Positions 52,602-62,413 of a DNA stretch of 64,000 nucleotides are shown piece after piece. How positions within the stretch are numbered: the first letter of the stretch is position 1; each line of letters starts with the position of its first letter. Origin of the DNA: an uncultured Actinomycetota bacterium (GTDB lineage: Bacteria; Actinomycetota; Actinomycetes; Propionibacteriales; Nocardioidaceae); the NCBI GenBank assembly GCA_963765725.1, contig CAVXXI010000001.1:547838-611837 (forward strand), written 5' to 3'. Made by a program: the position numbers and the translations under genes. A model generated the notes under the pieces. The model had not been told where the DNA came from and did no database searches. It was given only the letters and a program-made list of their open reading frames with translations.

Positions 52602-53057
52602 TCAGAACCCGAACGTGACGACGGCGCGAAGCTCGTCGGCTTGCAGGGCGTCGAGCACCCGTCGCTCGTGGGGTACGACGTTGTCCGGCAGGGCGTGCAG
52701 GTCGAACCACTGCAGGTCGACCGCCTTGTCCGTCTCAGCCATCCGAGGCTCGCCCAGCCAGTGCGTGCACTCGAAGAAGAAGTCGACCCGCTCGTCGACC
52801 GGCCGGTCGTTCCCGTGCGTGCGGTGCATCGCACAGAGCGGACGCAGGTCGTCGGGCTCGATCGTGACGCCGACCTCTTCCCGGGCCTCCCGGGCGGCCG
52901 CCTGGTACACCGACTCGCCCTGCTCGACGTGCCCCGCGGCGGCGGCTGCCCAGTAGCCGTCCATGTACCCGGTGCCGTCGCGCAGCTGGAGGAGCACCTG
53001 GTCTCCTCGCCGCATGAACACGTATGCGGCGGGGACAACCCGGAATCGTTGCGTCAC
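52602..53057 (-). CDS. NUDIX hydrolase
   Basis: Nudix box GHVEQGESVYQAAAREAREEVG. Confidence 0.88.
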   Translation of the reverse strand: MTQRFRVVPAAYVFMRRGDQVLLQLRDGTGYMDGYWAAAAAGHVEQGESVYQAAAREAREEVGVTIEPDDLRPLCAMHRTHGNDRPVDERVDFFFECTHWLGEPRMAETDKAVDLQWFDLHALPDNVVPHERRVLDALQADELRAVVTFGF

Positions 53058-53138
53058 ACTGCGAAGCCTAAGCCGCCGCTCTTCCGGGAGCGAAACCCTC
53101 GACCTGGCGGCAGCCGGCAGCGGTCGGGCCCGCGCTTG

Positions 53139-53456
53139 CTACGACAGCGGCGGCGGAGTCGGCTCGGCGTCGTCGGGACCCGGTGCGGGAGACGACGTCC
53201 CGAACGCGTCTGCTTGCGGCGCAGGCGGGGGCGCCGGCTTCGCTGCGTTCTTGGTTTCCAGCTTCTCCAACCCCTGCTTCGCCTTGACCTTGCCGGTAGC
53301 GATCTTGTCGGTGTACTTGCCCTTCGTCCGCTTGTCGACGTAGTCCCCGGCCTTGTCGAGCCCTTCGGTGATCTTGTCGCTGTTCTTCGCCGCGGTGTCG
53401 ACCGCCTTGTCCAGCAGGTCGCCGGCCTGCACCTTGACCTTGTCGAGAAAACCCAT
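53139..53456 (-). CDS. MT0933/Rv0909-like small 'antitoxin' family protein with a Pro-rich tail
   Basis: MGFLDKVKVQAGDLLDKAVDTAAKNSDKITEGLDKAGDYVDKRTKGKYTDKI is typical of that family. Confidence 0.7.
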   Translation of the reverse strand: MGFLDKVKVQAGDLLDKAVDTAAKNSDKITEGLDKAGDYVDKRTKGKYTDKIATGKVKAKQGLEKLETKNAAKPAPPPAPQADAFGTSSPAPGPDDAEPTPPPLS

Positions 53457-53575
53457 CTGTGCCTCCGTCGTGTCGAGCAGTTGTCGCCATTGTGTCCCAG
53501 CCGGCCGACAACCGGTTCCACCGGTGCCGGTTAGGGTTGAGTCCCATCACGCCGCTCGGAGGAGATCACCGTCCG

Positions 53576-55126
53576 ATGGCACCGCGAAGCCTCGTCGGCA
53601 CCGCCCTCGTCGCGGCTGCGCTGACCGTCGTGGCGGGCTGCACCGCAGGTGCGTCCGGTGTGCAACGGGCGGGTGCGACGGCATCGGCACCGCCGGCCGC
53701 CATCCCCTCCACCTCGGCGCCTGCACCGGCACCGCTCTCGCCGCTGCCGCCGTCCGCCGACGTGAGGACCGGGCGGCGGTGGCCGATCGAGCCGACCCCG
53801 GCCCGGCTTCGGTCGGCCCGTTCGAGGCCGGTCGAGGATCCGTACTATCCCGGCACCAGCAACCCGGAGTTCGACGCCCTGCACTACCTGCTCCGGCTCG
53901 ACTGGAACGGGACGCGGTTGAAGGGACGTACCACCGTACTGTTCCGAGCCGCGGCCACCACCCGGCAGGTCCGGCTCGACCTGTCCCAGGCGCTGAGGGC
54001 CGGCAGCGTCCGCCTCGACGGCCGCAGCATCGCGTACAGACAGTCCGGCGACGCGATCGTGATGAGGACGGGACGTCTGCGCGAGAACACCCAGCATGTC
54101 GTGACCATCGCCTATGCAGGTGTACCGCACTCGACTCCGGCGCCCAGCCGGCGAAGCGACCTGGCGGAGGGTCTCGGCTGGAACGTCGACCGGCATGGCT
54201 CGGTCTACACCTTCCAGGAGCCGTACGGTGCCTTCACGTGGTACCCGGTCAACGACGAGCCGTCCGACAAGGCGCTGTACGACGCCGTGATCTCGACGCA
54301 CGGCCGCGACGTGGCCGTCTTCAACGGCGACCTCGTCTCGAGGTCGCGCCAGGGCGGCACCACGGTCAGCCGGTGGCACCTGGACGCTCCGGCCGCCGCG
54401 TACCTGACGACGCTCGCGATCGGGCCGTACTCGCGATCGGTCGTCACCACCGGCAGCGGCATGGACATCGCGTACTGGGTGCTCCCGCGCGACCGGTCGG
54501 CCCTGCGGATCCTGGAGACCGAGGGAAGCAACGCCTTCGACTGGCTCGTCGCGCATGCCGGCCCCTACCCGTTCGACTCCCTGGGCGTCGTGGTGGTCGA
54601 CGGCGACAGCGCCATGGAGACGCAGACGATGATCACCTTCGGCCGGACCGAGCTGAGCCGGCCCGACTCGGTCCTCGAGCACGAGATGGCGCACCAGTGG
54701 TTCGGCGACAGCCTGACGCCGAGGACTTGGCCGGACCTGTGGCTCAACGAGGGGTGGGCCATGTACATGGAGCAGTGGTTCGAGAGCAGCACCCACCGGC
54801 AGCCGTACGCCGGGGGAGTCTCGCACTGGCGGCGCCTCGACCAGCAGTCCCGCGACCGGTCGGGCCCGCCGGCCTCCTACGACCCTCAGACGTTCGGTGA
54901 CCTCAACGTGTACCTCGGCCCGGCGATGATGCTCGACGCCATCCGCATCAGGATCGGTGACGCTGCCTTCCACCGGCTGGTGAAGGCCTGGGCGAGACAG
55001 CACGCGTACTCGACAGTGAGCCGCACCAGGTTCACGAGGTGGCTGCACGCGGAGACCGGCCAGCAGTTCGGCCCGCTGCTGCACGCCTGGCTGGACTCGG
55101 CTCGGACACCCCGCCTGCCTCGATGA
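53576..55126 (+). CDS. M1-family metallopeptidase (aminopeptidase N-like), probable lipoprotein
   Basis: Lipobox LTVVAGC, HEMAHQWFG zinc motif and downstream LNEGWA. GGAGGAG lies before ATG 53576. Confidence 0.88.
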   Translation: MAPRSLVGTALVAAALTVVAGCTAGASGVQRAGATASAPPAAIPSTSAPAPAPLSPLPPSADVRTGRRWPIEPTPARLRSARSRPVEDPYYPGTSNPEFDALHYLLRLDWNGTRLKGRTTVLFRAAATTRQVRLDLSQALRAGSVRLDGRSIAYRQSGDAIVMRTGRLRENTQHVVTIAYAGVPHSTPAPSRRSDLAEGLGWNVDRHGSVYTFQEPYGAFTWYPVNDEPSDKALYDAVISTHGRDVAVFNGDLVSRSRQGGTTVSRWHLDAPAAAYLTTLAIGPYSRSVVTTGSGMDIAYWVLPRDRSALRILETEGSNAFDWLVAHAGPYPFDSLGVVVVDGDSAMETQTMITFGRTELSRPDSVLEHEMAHQWFGDSLTPRTWPDLWLNEGWAMYMEQWFESSTHRQPYAGGVSHWRRLDQQSRDRSGPPASYDPQTFGDLNVYLGPAMMLDAIRIRIGDAAFHRLVKAWARQHAYSTVSRTRFTRWLHAETGQQFGPLLHAWLDSARTPRLPR

Positions 55127-55130
55127 GCGC

Positions 55131-56051
55131 ATGACGCCCGGACCGCCCCCCGTGGTCGCGCTCGTCGGCCCGACCGCCGCCGGCAAGAGCGACCTCGCCG
55201 TCGACGTCGCGCTGTCCTTCGGTGCCGAGGTGGTCAGCGCCGACTCGATGCAGATCTACCGCGGCATGGACATCGGCACGGCGAAGCTGCCCGTCGCCAG
55301 TCGGCGCGGCGTGGCCCATCACCTGCTGGACCTTCTCGACGTCGGCGAGCCGGTGACGGTGGCCGAGTTCCAGGGGTGGGCACGAGAGGCGGTGTCGGAC
55401 TGTCGGCAGCGTGGCGTCGTGCCGGTCGTCGTCGGCGGCTCGGCGCTCTACCTGCGTGCCGTGCTCGACGAGTTCCACTTCCCCGGCACCGACGCCGACG
55501 TGCGGGCCCGACTCGAGGCGGAGCTGGAGGTGTCCGGGGCCGCCGACCTGCACCGCCGCTTGCTGGCGCTGGACCCGGTGGCCGGCTCGGCGATCCTGCC
55601 GGGCAACGGCCGGCGGATCGTCCGTGCCCTGGAGGTGATGGAGCTGACGGGCGAGCCGTTCCGCGCCAGCCTGCCCGCGTACGTCTATGCGTTCTCGCCT
55701 GTCGTCCAGATCGGGCTCGACGTGCCCAGGGACGTACTCGACGTCCGGATCGAGCAGCGGGTCGCACGGATGTGGTCAGCCGGCTTCGTCGACGAGGTCC
55801 GCCGGCTCGAGCGCGATGGCCTCAGGGAGGGGCGCACCGCCAGCCGGGCGCTCGGGTACCGGCAGGTGCTCGGCTTCCTGGCGGGCGAGACCGACGAGCA
55901 GACCGCGCGGTCGCAGACGGTACGGCTTACGCGCCGGTTCGCGCGGCGCCAGCTCACCTGGTTCAGGCGCGACCCCCGGATCCACTGGCTGCCTTACGAT
56001 GACCCGGCACTGCTCGAGCACGCCGTCGACGCCGTACGCTCGGTCGGGTGA
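55131..56051 (+). CDS. miaA: tRNA dimethylallyltransferase
   Basis: P-loop GPTAAGKS and DSMQIYRGMDIGTAK. Confidence 0.94.
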   Translation: MTPGPPPVVALVGPTAAGKSDLAVDVALSFGAEVVSADSMQIYRGMDIGTAKLPVASRRGVAHHLLDLLDVGEPVTVAEFQGWAREAVSDCRQRGVVPVVVGGSALYLRAVLDEFHFPGTDADVRARLEAELEVSGAADLHRRLLALDPVAGSAILPGNGRRIVRALEVMELTGEPFRASLPAYVYAFSPVVQIGLDVPRDVLDVRIEQRVARMWSAGFVDEVRRLERDGLREGRTASRALGYRQVLGFLAGETDEQTARSQTVRLTRRFARRQLTWFRRDPRIHWLPYDDPALLEHAVDAVRSVG

Positions 56052-56848
56052 GCTTCGCCTTCCTCAAGGGTCACGGCACACGCAACGACTTCATCGTGCT
56101 GCCCGACCTCGACGGCTCCGTCCACGGCGAGCTCAGCTCGTCGGTAGTCGTGGCTCTGTGCGACCGACGCGCCGGGCTGGGAGCCGACGGGGTGCTGCGG
56201 GTGCTCGCCTCGACCGGCAGCGCCCCCTGGTTCATGGACTACCGCAACGCCGACGGCTCGCTGTCGGAGATGTGCGGGAACGGTGTGCGCGTGTTCGCGC
56301 GCTACCTCGAGGCGTCCGGCCTCGTCGACCGGTCGCAGCCGCTGCGCGTCGACACGCGGGGCGGCGTCAAGCAGGTGACCTTCTGCGACGACGGCGAGAT
56401 CAGCGTCGAGATGGGCACCCCGATGGCCCTGCAGGAGACCTTCGTGTCGTCCGCGGGCGTCGAGTACCCGGCCAGGGCAGTCGACGTCGGCAACCCGCAC
56501 GCCGTCGTCCGGGTCGCGTCGTTGGAGGACCTGGGCGGGCTCTCCGAGCCGCCGCTGTACAGCACCGAGCACTTCCCCCACGGGGTCAACGTGGAGTTCC
56601 TCGAGGTGCGCGGCGACGACCGGCTCGCGATGCGCGTTTACGAGCGCGGAGTCGGAGAGACCGCCTCGTGCGGCACGGGGGCCGTCGCCGCAGCCGTGGC
56701 TCTACGCACCCAGGTGGGCTACCGGGGCGCAGCCTCGTACGCGGTCGAAGTGCCAGGAGGGCGGCTGACGGTGACGATCGACGGCGAGGGGTGTGCGCAC
56801 CTCAAAGGCCCGGCGGTTCTGGTCGCCGACGGCACCTGGACGGGCTGA
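56048..56848 (+). CDS. dapF: Diaminopimelate epimerase
   Basis: GTGA overlap with miaA. Catalytic Cys motifs (EMCGNG and SCGTG). Confidence 0.93.
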   Translation: MSFAFLKGHGTRNDFIVLPDLDGSVHGELSSSVVVALCDRRAGLGADGVLRVLASTGSAPWFMDYRNADGSLSEMCGNGVRVFARYLEASGLVDRSQPLRVDTRGGVKQVTFCDDGEISVEMGTPMALQETFVSSAGVEYPARAVDVGNPHAVVRVASLEDLGGLSEPPLYSTEHFPHGVNVEFLEVRGDDRLAMRVYERGVGETASCGTGAVAAAVALRTQVGYRGAASYAVEVPGGRLTVTIDGEGCAHLKGPAVLVADGTWTG

Positions 56849-56975
56849 GGCGGGCCTCCCCACAGGGCCGACTGCACGGCAGCGGCGAGGCGCGCAGAAG
56901 GACGCCGGGCGGCTGACGGGGCCTTCGGCAATTGGGTCGAGCCCACGGGTGTCCCCGACGTACAGTTGTCGCACG

Positions 56976-58511
56976 ATGACAGTGGACACCTCCGGATACG
57001 CCGAAGACCTCCCCGAGAGCGGGACGCTCGACTCGTCGAAGATCGAGCTCGGCGCGGACTACTTCGACCAGGCTGTCGGCCCTGATGACGACCCCGTGAC
57101 GGACTGGGGCGCCGACGGTGAGGACCGTTTCGGGGTCGGCGGCTACGAGCTCGAGGAGCGGCACGCCCTTCGTCGCGTGAGCGGGCTGTCGACCGAGCTC
57201 GACGACGTCAGCGAGGTCGAGTACCGCAGGCTGCGACTGGAGCGTGTCGTGCTGGTCGGGGTCTGGGGCGAGGGATCGGTCGACGACGCCGACAACTCGA
57301 TGTCCGAGCTCAAGCTCCTCGCCGAGACGGCCGGCTCCGTCGTCCTGGAGGCACTGTCCCAACGACGTCAGAAGCCGGATCCGGCGACGTACATCGGTCC
57401 CGGCAAGGTCGACGACCTCCGGATGGTCGTGGCCGACACGGGCGCTGACACCGTCATCTGCGACGGCGAGCTGAGCCCGTCGCAGCTGCGCAACCTGGAG
57501 GACCGCGTCAAGGTCAAGGTGGTCGACCGGACCGCACTGATCCTCGACATCTTCGCCCAGCACGCCCGCTCGAAGGAGGGCAAGGCGCAGGTCGAGCTCG
57601 CCCAGCTGGAGTACGGCAAGCAGCGGCTGCGTGGGTGGGGCGGCAACCTGTCCCGGCAGGCCGGTGGCCGCGTCGGCGTCCAGGGCGGCGGTATCGGCGG
57701 CCGTGGACCAGGCGAGACCAAGCTCGAGACCGACCGCCGGCGCATCACGACCCGGATGTCGAAGCTGCGGCGCGACCTCGAGCACATGCAGACGGCGCGG
57801 GTGACCAAGAAGGCCGAGCGCGTGCGCAGGGAGATCCCTGCGGTCGCCATCACCGGCTACACCAACGCCGGCAAGTCGTCCCTGCTCAACCGGATCACCG
57901 GCGCGGGTGTGCTCGTGGAGGACGCCCTGTTCGCCACCCTCGACCCGACGACGCGCCGGACGACGACCGACGACGGCAGGGTGTACACGCTGTCGGACAC
58001 CGTCGGCTTTGTGCGGCATCTCCCGCATCAGCTCGTCGAGGCGTTCCGTTCGACGCTCGAAGAGGTCGCACAGGCGGATCTCATCGTGCACGTGGTCGAC
58101 GGTTCACACGCCGACCCCGAGGGGCAGATCGCCGCCGTGCGCGAGGTGTTCGCCGAGATCGGCGCCGATCGGGTGGCCGAGCTGATCGTGATCAACAAGG
58201 CCGACGTGGCCGACCCGCTGGTGACCGCTCGCCTGCTGAGCAGGGAGCCTCACTCCGTGGTGGTGTCCGCCCGCACCGGCGCCGGGATCGACGACCTGCT
58301 CACGGCGATCGAGGCGGAGCTGCCGCGGCCGTCCGTCGACGTCGACGCGTTGGTCCCGTACTCACGCGGTGACCTCATCAACAAGGTCCACGAGAACGGC
58401 GAGGTCGTGTCGATCGAGCACCTGGCCGACGGGTCCCATCTCAAGGCCCGGGTAAACCCCGGACTGGCGGGGGAGCTGGCGCAGTACGCTTCGGTATCCA
58501 CGCGGACCTGA
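56976..58511 (+). CDS. hflX: GTPase HflX
   Basis: HflX N-domain and G motifs (GYTNAGKSS, DTVGF, NKAD). Start at ATG 56976; the track ORF opens at 56793 inside dapF. Confidence 0.92.
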   Translation: MTVDTSGYAEDLPESGTLDSSKIELGADYFDQAVGPDDDPVTDWGADGEDRFGVGGYELEERHALRRVSGLSTELDDVSEVEYRRLRLERVVLVGVWGEGSVDDADNSMSELKLLAETAGSVVLEALSQRRQKPDPATYIGPGKVDDLRMVVADTGADTVICDGELSPSQLRNLEDRVKVKVVDRTALILDIFAQHARSKEGKAQVELAQLEYGKQRLRGWGGNLSRQAGGRVGVQGGGIGGRGPGETKLETDRRRITTRMSKLRRDLEHMQTARVTKKAERVRREIPAVAITGYTNAGKSSLLNRITGAGVLVEDALFATLDPTTRRTTTDDGRVYTLSDTVGFVRHLPHQLVEAFRSTLEEVAQADLIVHVVDGSHADPEGQIAAVREVFAEIGADRVAELIVINKADVADPLVTARLLSREPHSVVVSARTGAGIDDLLTAIEAELPRPSVDVDALVPYSRGDLINKVHENGEVVSIEHLADGSHLKARVNPGLAGELAQYASVSTRT

Positions 58512-58529
58512 CAGAAGGGGCACAGGCTT

Positions 58530-58769
58530 GTGGGCGACCCCATCGACGACGGTCTGGAGCGCGAGCCGGTACTGCATTTCCACCACATAGAGGCCCTGCC
58601 CGAGGACGCGGTGCGGATGGGCCTGGACCGCAACACTCAGGAAGGCGCCATGATCGGGATGGCGGGCTCCCTCAGCGCTGCCAAGGCGTCGCACCGCATC
58701 GTGGCGTGGCTGATCCTCCTGAGCCTCACGGTGCCGTTGCTGATGACCCTGGCCCGGGGTCTGCTCTGA
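58530..58769 (+). CDS. Hypothetical small protein with a C-terminal TM helix
   Basis: 79-aa ORF with GC-rich third positions. GAAGGGG precedes GTG 58530. Hydrophobic tail IVAWLILLSLTVPLLMTLA. Confidence 0.45.
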   Translation: MGDPIDDGLEREPVLHFHHIEALPEDAVRMGLDRNTQEGAMIGMAGSLSAAKASHRIVAWLILLSLTVPLLMTLARGLL

Positions 58770-58805
58770 CCGTCCGCCCCTCGCCTGTGTACAACGGCGC
58801 CTCGG

Positions 58806-58827
58806 TGTCGTCGCCGACCGATACCCT
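58806..58827 (+). promoter_or_regulatory. RecA-NDp/PafBC-type promoter-like motif for the dinG-like helicase (TGTCGTCG-N8-TACCCT), 6 nt before GTG 58834
   Basis: Read directly. The geometry is identical to the lhr and ABC motifs and suggests a leaderless mRNA. Confidence 0.5.
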
Positions 58828-58833
58828 CGCGGA

Positions 58834-60894
58834 GTGACGACACGCGCCACGGTCGACGACGTGCTCCGGGCAGCGGTCGACAAGCTGGCCGGCGAGGATC
58901 GGCCCGGGCAGCGGGAGATGGCGCGGGCGGTGCACTCGGCGCTCGAGTCCGGGCAGCATCTGTTGGTGCAGGCCGGTACGGGGACTGGCAAGTCGCTGGG
59001 CTACCTCGTGCCGGCGATCCTGCACGAGGCGCGTGTGGTGATCGCCACGGCCACGCTGGCACTGCAGCACCAGCTCGTCGAGCGTGACATCCCCGCGCTG
59101 CTTGACGCAGCGGCCGACGTCATGGGGAGCAGGCCCGCGTACGCCGTCCTCAAGGGGCGCAGCAACTACGCCTGCCTGCACCGCATCCGCGACGGCGTGC
59201 CCGACGACCAGGGAGCGTTGATCGAGGTACCGGAGGCCGGAATGGGAGCGGAGGTCCTGCGGCTTCGCCGCTGGGCCGAGGAGGAGTCGAAGAGCTCGGG
59301 ACCGGGCGACCGCGACAGCGCACCGGCTCATACGGACCGGCTGTGGCAGCAGGTCTCCGTCAGCCACCGCGAATGCCTCGGTGCGGCGCGCTGTCCGTAC
59401 GGCATCGAGTGTTTCGCCGAGCGGGCCCGTGATCGGGCGAACGCGGCGAGCCTGGTGGTGACGAATCACTCGCTGCTCGCCATCGACGCGATCGAGGGTG
59501 TCCCGATGATCCCCGAGTACGACGTCGTTGTCGTCGACGAGGCTCACGAGCTCGCGGCGCGGGTGACCCAGGCGGCCACCGACGAGCTCTCCGTGGGCGC
59601 CGTCGAGCGGACCGCGCGGCGCGCCCGGAGTTTTCTGCCGAACGGCGAGGCGGAGCGGGTCTCGGAGGCGGCTGACGCGCTGCGTGACGCCATGGACGCG
59701 GTTCCGCCGGGGCGCCTCGACGCGCTGCCCGAGCCGCTGGCCGATGCGTTGGAGCTGCTCAGGAGCGCCACGCGGGCCGCGTTCTCCGCGTTCGCCAAGG
59801 ACTCGAGTGAGGCCGGCGTCGACGCCGCGCGTCAACAGGCCAGGGGGATGGTCGACGAGATCCGTAAGGTGGTCGAGCGGCTGGCTCTGCACGACGAGGC
59901 CGACGTGACCTGGTTGGCGGAGCGCGAGCGGTCCCGAGGCGGCAGCTCCCTGCAGGTGGCACCCCTTCAGGTGTGGGGACCGTTGCGGCACCGACTGCTC
60001 GCGCAGAAGACCGTGGTCTTCACGTCGGCGACCCTGAAGCTGGGCGGTGACTTCACGGCGATCGCTACCGCTCTCGGTCTACGGCCGTCGGAGCGGGCCG
60101 ACCACTCGCAGGACACCGCGACGGACCTGTCGTCGCAGGCTGCGGTCGCTCCGGAGGTGACGGACGACGAGTCGGACGAGGCGGCTGACGAGACACCGGA
60201 CGTCCTGCCCTGGCGAGGCATCGACGTCGGCTCGCCGTTCGACTACCGCGCACAGTCGATCCTGTACGTCGCCAGGCATCTGCCCACACCGGGTCGCGAC
60301 GGCATCGGGACGGCCCAGATCGAGGAGATCCGGTCCCTCGTGGAGGCGGCGGGCGGGCGTACGTTGGGCTTGTTCTCGTCGCGTCGCGCAGCCGAGGCGG
60401 CGGCCGAGGCGGTGCGCGACCTGGCGCCGCACCTGCCGATCCTGTGTCAGGGCGACGGGCAGCTGTCACACCTGCAGGCCGAGTTCGTCGCCAACCCTGC
60501 GGTGAGTCTGTTCGGCACGCTCTCGCTGTGGCAGGGACTCGACGTGCCGGGTGAGACGTGCCAGCTGGTCATCATCGACCGCATCCCGTTCCCGCGCCCC
60601 GACGACCCGCTCATGTCGGCGCGGAGCCGCGCTGCTGAGCGTGCGGGCGGGAACGGTTTCATGGCCGTGTCGGCGACGCACGCGGCCCTCCTGCTCGCGC
60701 AGGGCAGTGGTCGGCTGATCCGGTCCAGGGCCGATCGCGGCGTGGTGGCGGTGCTCGACCCGCGGTTGGTGACGGCGCGCTACGGGCCGTTCCTGCGGGC
60801 GTCGCTTCCGCCGATGTGGATGACCTCCGACGGCGAGCTGGCACGTGCGGCGCTTCGTCGGCTGACGTCGCCGCAGCCCGCGACGTCGGGATGA
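58834..60894 (+). CDS. dinG: ATP-dependent DNA helicase, DinG/XPD (Rad3-related) family
   Basis: Walker A AGTGTGKSL, DEAH box VVDEAH, and Cys residues consistent with an Fe-S cluster (C...C..C....C). 686 aa. Confidence 0.85.
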   Translation: MTTRATVDDVLRAAVDKLAGEDRPGQREMARAVHSALESGQHLLVQAGTGTGKSLGYLVPAILHEARVVIATATLALQHQLVERDIPALLDAAADVMGSRPAYAVLKGRSNYACLHRIRDGVPDDQGALIEVPEAGMGAEVLRLRRWAEEESKSSGPGDRDSAPAHTDRLWQQVSVSHRECLGAARCPYGIECFAERARDRANAASLVVTNHSLLAIDAIEGVPMIPEYDVVVVDEAHELAARVTQAATDELSVGAVERTARRARSFLPNGEAERVSEAADALRDAMDAVPPGRLDALPEPLADALELLRSATRAAFSAFAKDSSEAGVDAARQQARGMVDEIRKVVERLALHDEADVTWLAERERSRGGSSLQVAPLQVWGPLRHRLLAQKTVVFTSATLKLGGDFTAIATALGLRPSERADHSQDTATDLSSQAAVAPEVTDDESDEAADETPDVLPWRGIDVGSPFDYRAQSILYVARHLPTPGRDGIGTAQIEEIRSLVEAAGGRTLGLFSSRRAAEAAAEAVRDLAPHLPILCQGDGQLSHLQAEFVANPAVSLFGTLSLWQGLDVPGETCQLVIIDRIPFPRPDDPLMSARSRAAERAGGNGFMAVSATHAALLLAQGSGRLIRSRADRGVVAVLDPRLVTARYGPFLRASLPPMWMTSDGELARAALRRLTSPQPATSG

Positions 60895-60899
60895 GCCGC

Positions 60900-61631
60900 C
60901 TAGAGCCGCCGCATCACCGTCACGACCTTGCCGAGGATCGCGGCGTCGGTGCCGTCGATGGGCTCGTAGTTGGCGTTGTGGGGGAGGAGCCACACCTTGC
61001 CGGACCGACGTTGCAGGGTCTTCACCGTCGCCTCCCCGTCGATCATCGCTGCGACGATCTCACCGTTCTCGGCGTTGGGTTGCTGCCGCACGACCACGAA
61101 GTCGCCGTCGCAAATGGCGGCCTCGAGCATCGAGTCACCTCGGACCTCCAGGAGGAACAAGGTTCCCTCGCCCACCAGCCGGCGCGGGAGCGGGAAAACC
61201 TCCTCGATTCGCTCTTCGGCGAGGATCGGACCTCCTGCTGCGATCCGGCCGAGGACCGGCACCAGCACAGCCTCGGGATGGGCGTCACCCACACCCGTGT
61301 CGTCGAAGCCGACGTCGCCCGTCTCCTCCGCAGCCCGGCGGACTGACGTGTCGGGCAACAGCACCTCGAGTGCACGGGGACGGTTGGGGTCGCGGCGGAT
61401 GTAGCCCTTGCCCTCGAGGACGCGGAGCTGGTGTGCCACCGACGACGAGCTCGTCAAACCCACCGACAGACCGATCTCGCGCATGCTGGGCGGATACCCC
61501 CGCGACTCCACCGAGTCACGGATGACGGCGAGAACCCGGCGTTGCCTCGGCGTCAGGCCGAGCGCGTCCGGTGGGCCGTCGGGAAGCTCGTGTACTGCTG
61601 AGTCGTCCTTGGCGCTGGCCATGTGGGTCAC
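60900..61631 (-). CDS. lexA: LexA repressor
   Basis: N-terminal winged HTH, cleavage site AAG, and S24 peptidase Ser/Lys (GDSM ... VKTL). Start at GTG 61631 or ATG 61622. Confidence 0.96.
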   Translation of the reverse strand: MTHMASAKDDSAVHELPDGPPDALGLTPRQRRVLAVIRDSVESRGYPPSMREIGLSVGLTSSSSVAHQLRVLEGKGYIRRDPNRPRALEVLLPDTSVRRAAEETGDVGFDDTGVGDAHPEAVLVPVLGRIAAGGPILAEERIEEVFPLPRRLVGEGTLFLLEVRGDSMLEAAICDGDFVVVRQQPNAENGEIVAAMIDGEATVKTLQRRSGKVWLLPHNANYEPIDGTDAAILGKVVTVMRRL

Positions 61632-61693
61632 CTTCAGGTCGGTCGGATCGAAACCGGGCGGGCCTGGTGAGCCGGGCGCGCCTCGATGACCTG

Positions 61694-61716
61694 ACGGTAA
61701 ACCTGTGCGCCGACAC
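61694..61716 (-). promoter_or_regulatory. Promoter-like motif for lexA (GTGTCGGCG-N8-TACCGT on the minus strand)
   Basis: The minus strand reads GTGTCGGCG CACAGGTT TACCGT, 2 nt downstream of the lexA SOS box. Confidence 0.45.
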
Positions 61717-61718
61717 TT

Positions 61719-61734
61719 TCAAACACCTGTTCGA
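61719..61734 (-). promoter_or_regulatory. LexA SOS box upstream of lexA (minus strand TCGAACAGGTGTTTGA)
   Basis: One mismatch to the GAAC-N4-GTTC core, as expected for autoregulation. Confidence 0.75.
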
Positions 61735-61746
61735 ATCGGCGTGTCG

Positions 61747-62223
61747 TCAGACGGAGCCCGGTTCCGCGCCCTCCGACGGCGACTCGAGCTGGCTCAGAGC
61801 GGAGGCGAGACTCACCTTCGCGTTGTCCGCGAGCTTCTCCAGCGGGGCGCGGAGAACGACCTGCAGGAGTTTCGCCACCCCCTTGAACTCGAACTCTGCG
61901 GTGTACAGCACCTCGGTGCCACGCTCGACGGACTGGATCAAGATGTGGTCGGTCGACGTCACCGTGCGGTTCTCGCCTCGCAGCACGATCAGCCGGTCCG
62001 GTTCGAGCTCGACCACTTCATAGGTCAGCTCGGTCTCGAGCCCCATGAACTTCGACGTGTTCGCGTACGTGGTACCCACCCCGCCGTCCCCCTGGAGCAT
62101 CGAGCACCGCACCGTACCCGCGTCCCACTCGACGGCGTTGGTGAAGTCGGAGAGGTACGTGTATACGCGATGGACGGACGGCTGGACGACGACAGCGCGC
62201 TGAACCATGATCACGCCTCCCAC
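61747..62223 (-). CDS. SRPBCC-family (polyketide cyclase/START-like) protein
   Basis: VQRAVVVQPSVHRVYTYLSDFTNAVEWDAG... is typical of SRPBCC. Start at 62223 or ATG 62208. Confidence 0.75.
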   Translation of the reverse strand: MGGVIMVQRAVVVQPSVHRVYTYLSDFTNAVEWDAGTVRCSMLQGDGGVGTTYANTSKFMGLETELTYEVVELEPDRLIVLRGENRTVTSTDHILIQSVERGTEVLYTAEFEFKGVAKLLQVVLRAPLEKLADNAKVSLASALSQLESPSEGAEPGSV

Positions 62224-62319
62224 GCTACCCGCGCCGGCTCACATGGCACCGAAGCAGGCCTCGACAGGTCGCGGGCTCCCACGTGTGCTCTGGAAAGTGT
62301 CTCCCGCCACTGCTAGCGT

Positions 62320-62351
62320 TCGCACATGTGTTCGATCGAACGTATTTTCGG
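62320..62351 (+). promoter_or_regulatory. Two abutting SOS-box-like sites (TCGCACATGTGTTCGA and TCGAACGTATTTTCGG), preceded by TGTCTCCC-N8-TAGCGT (62298-62319)
   Basis: Each box has one mismatch in the GAAC-N4-GTTC core. They lie between the divergent SRPBCC and LysM genes. Confidence 0.6.
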
Positions 62352-62413
62352 TTTCATGCTGGTAGTGCGCCGCCTCGCCGCGGAGGTGCTGAGAGCGGTC
62401 TGGACCGCCGAAC

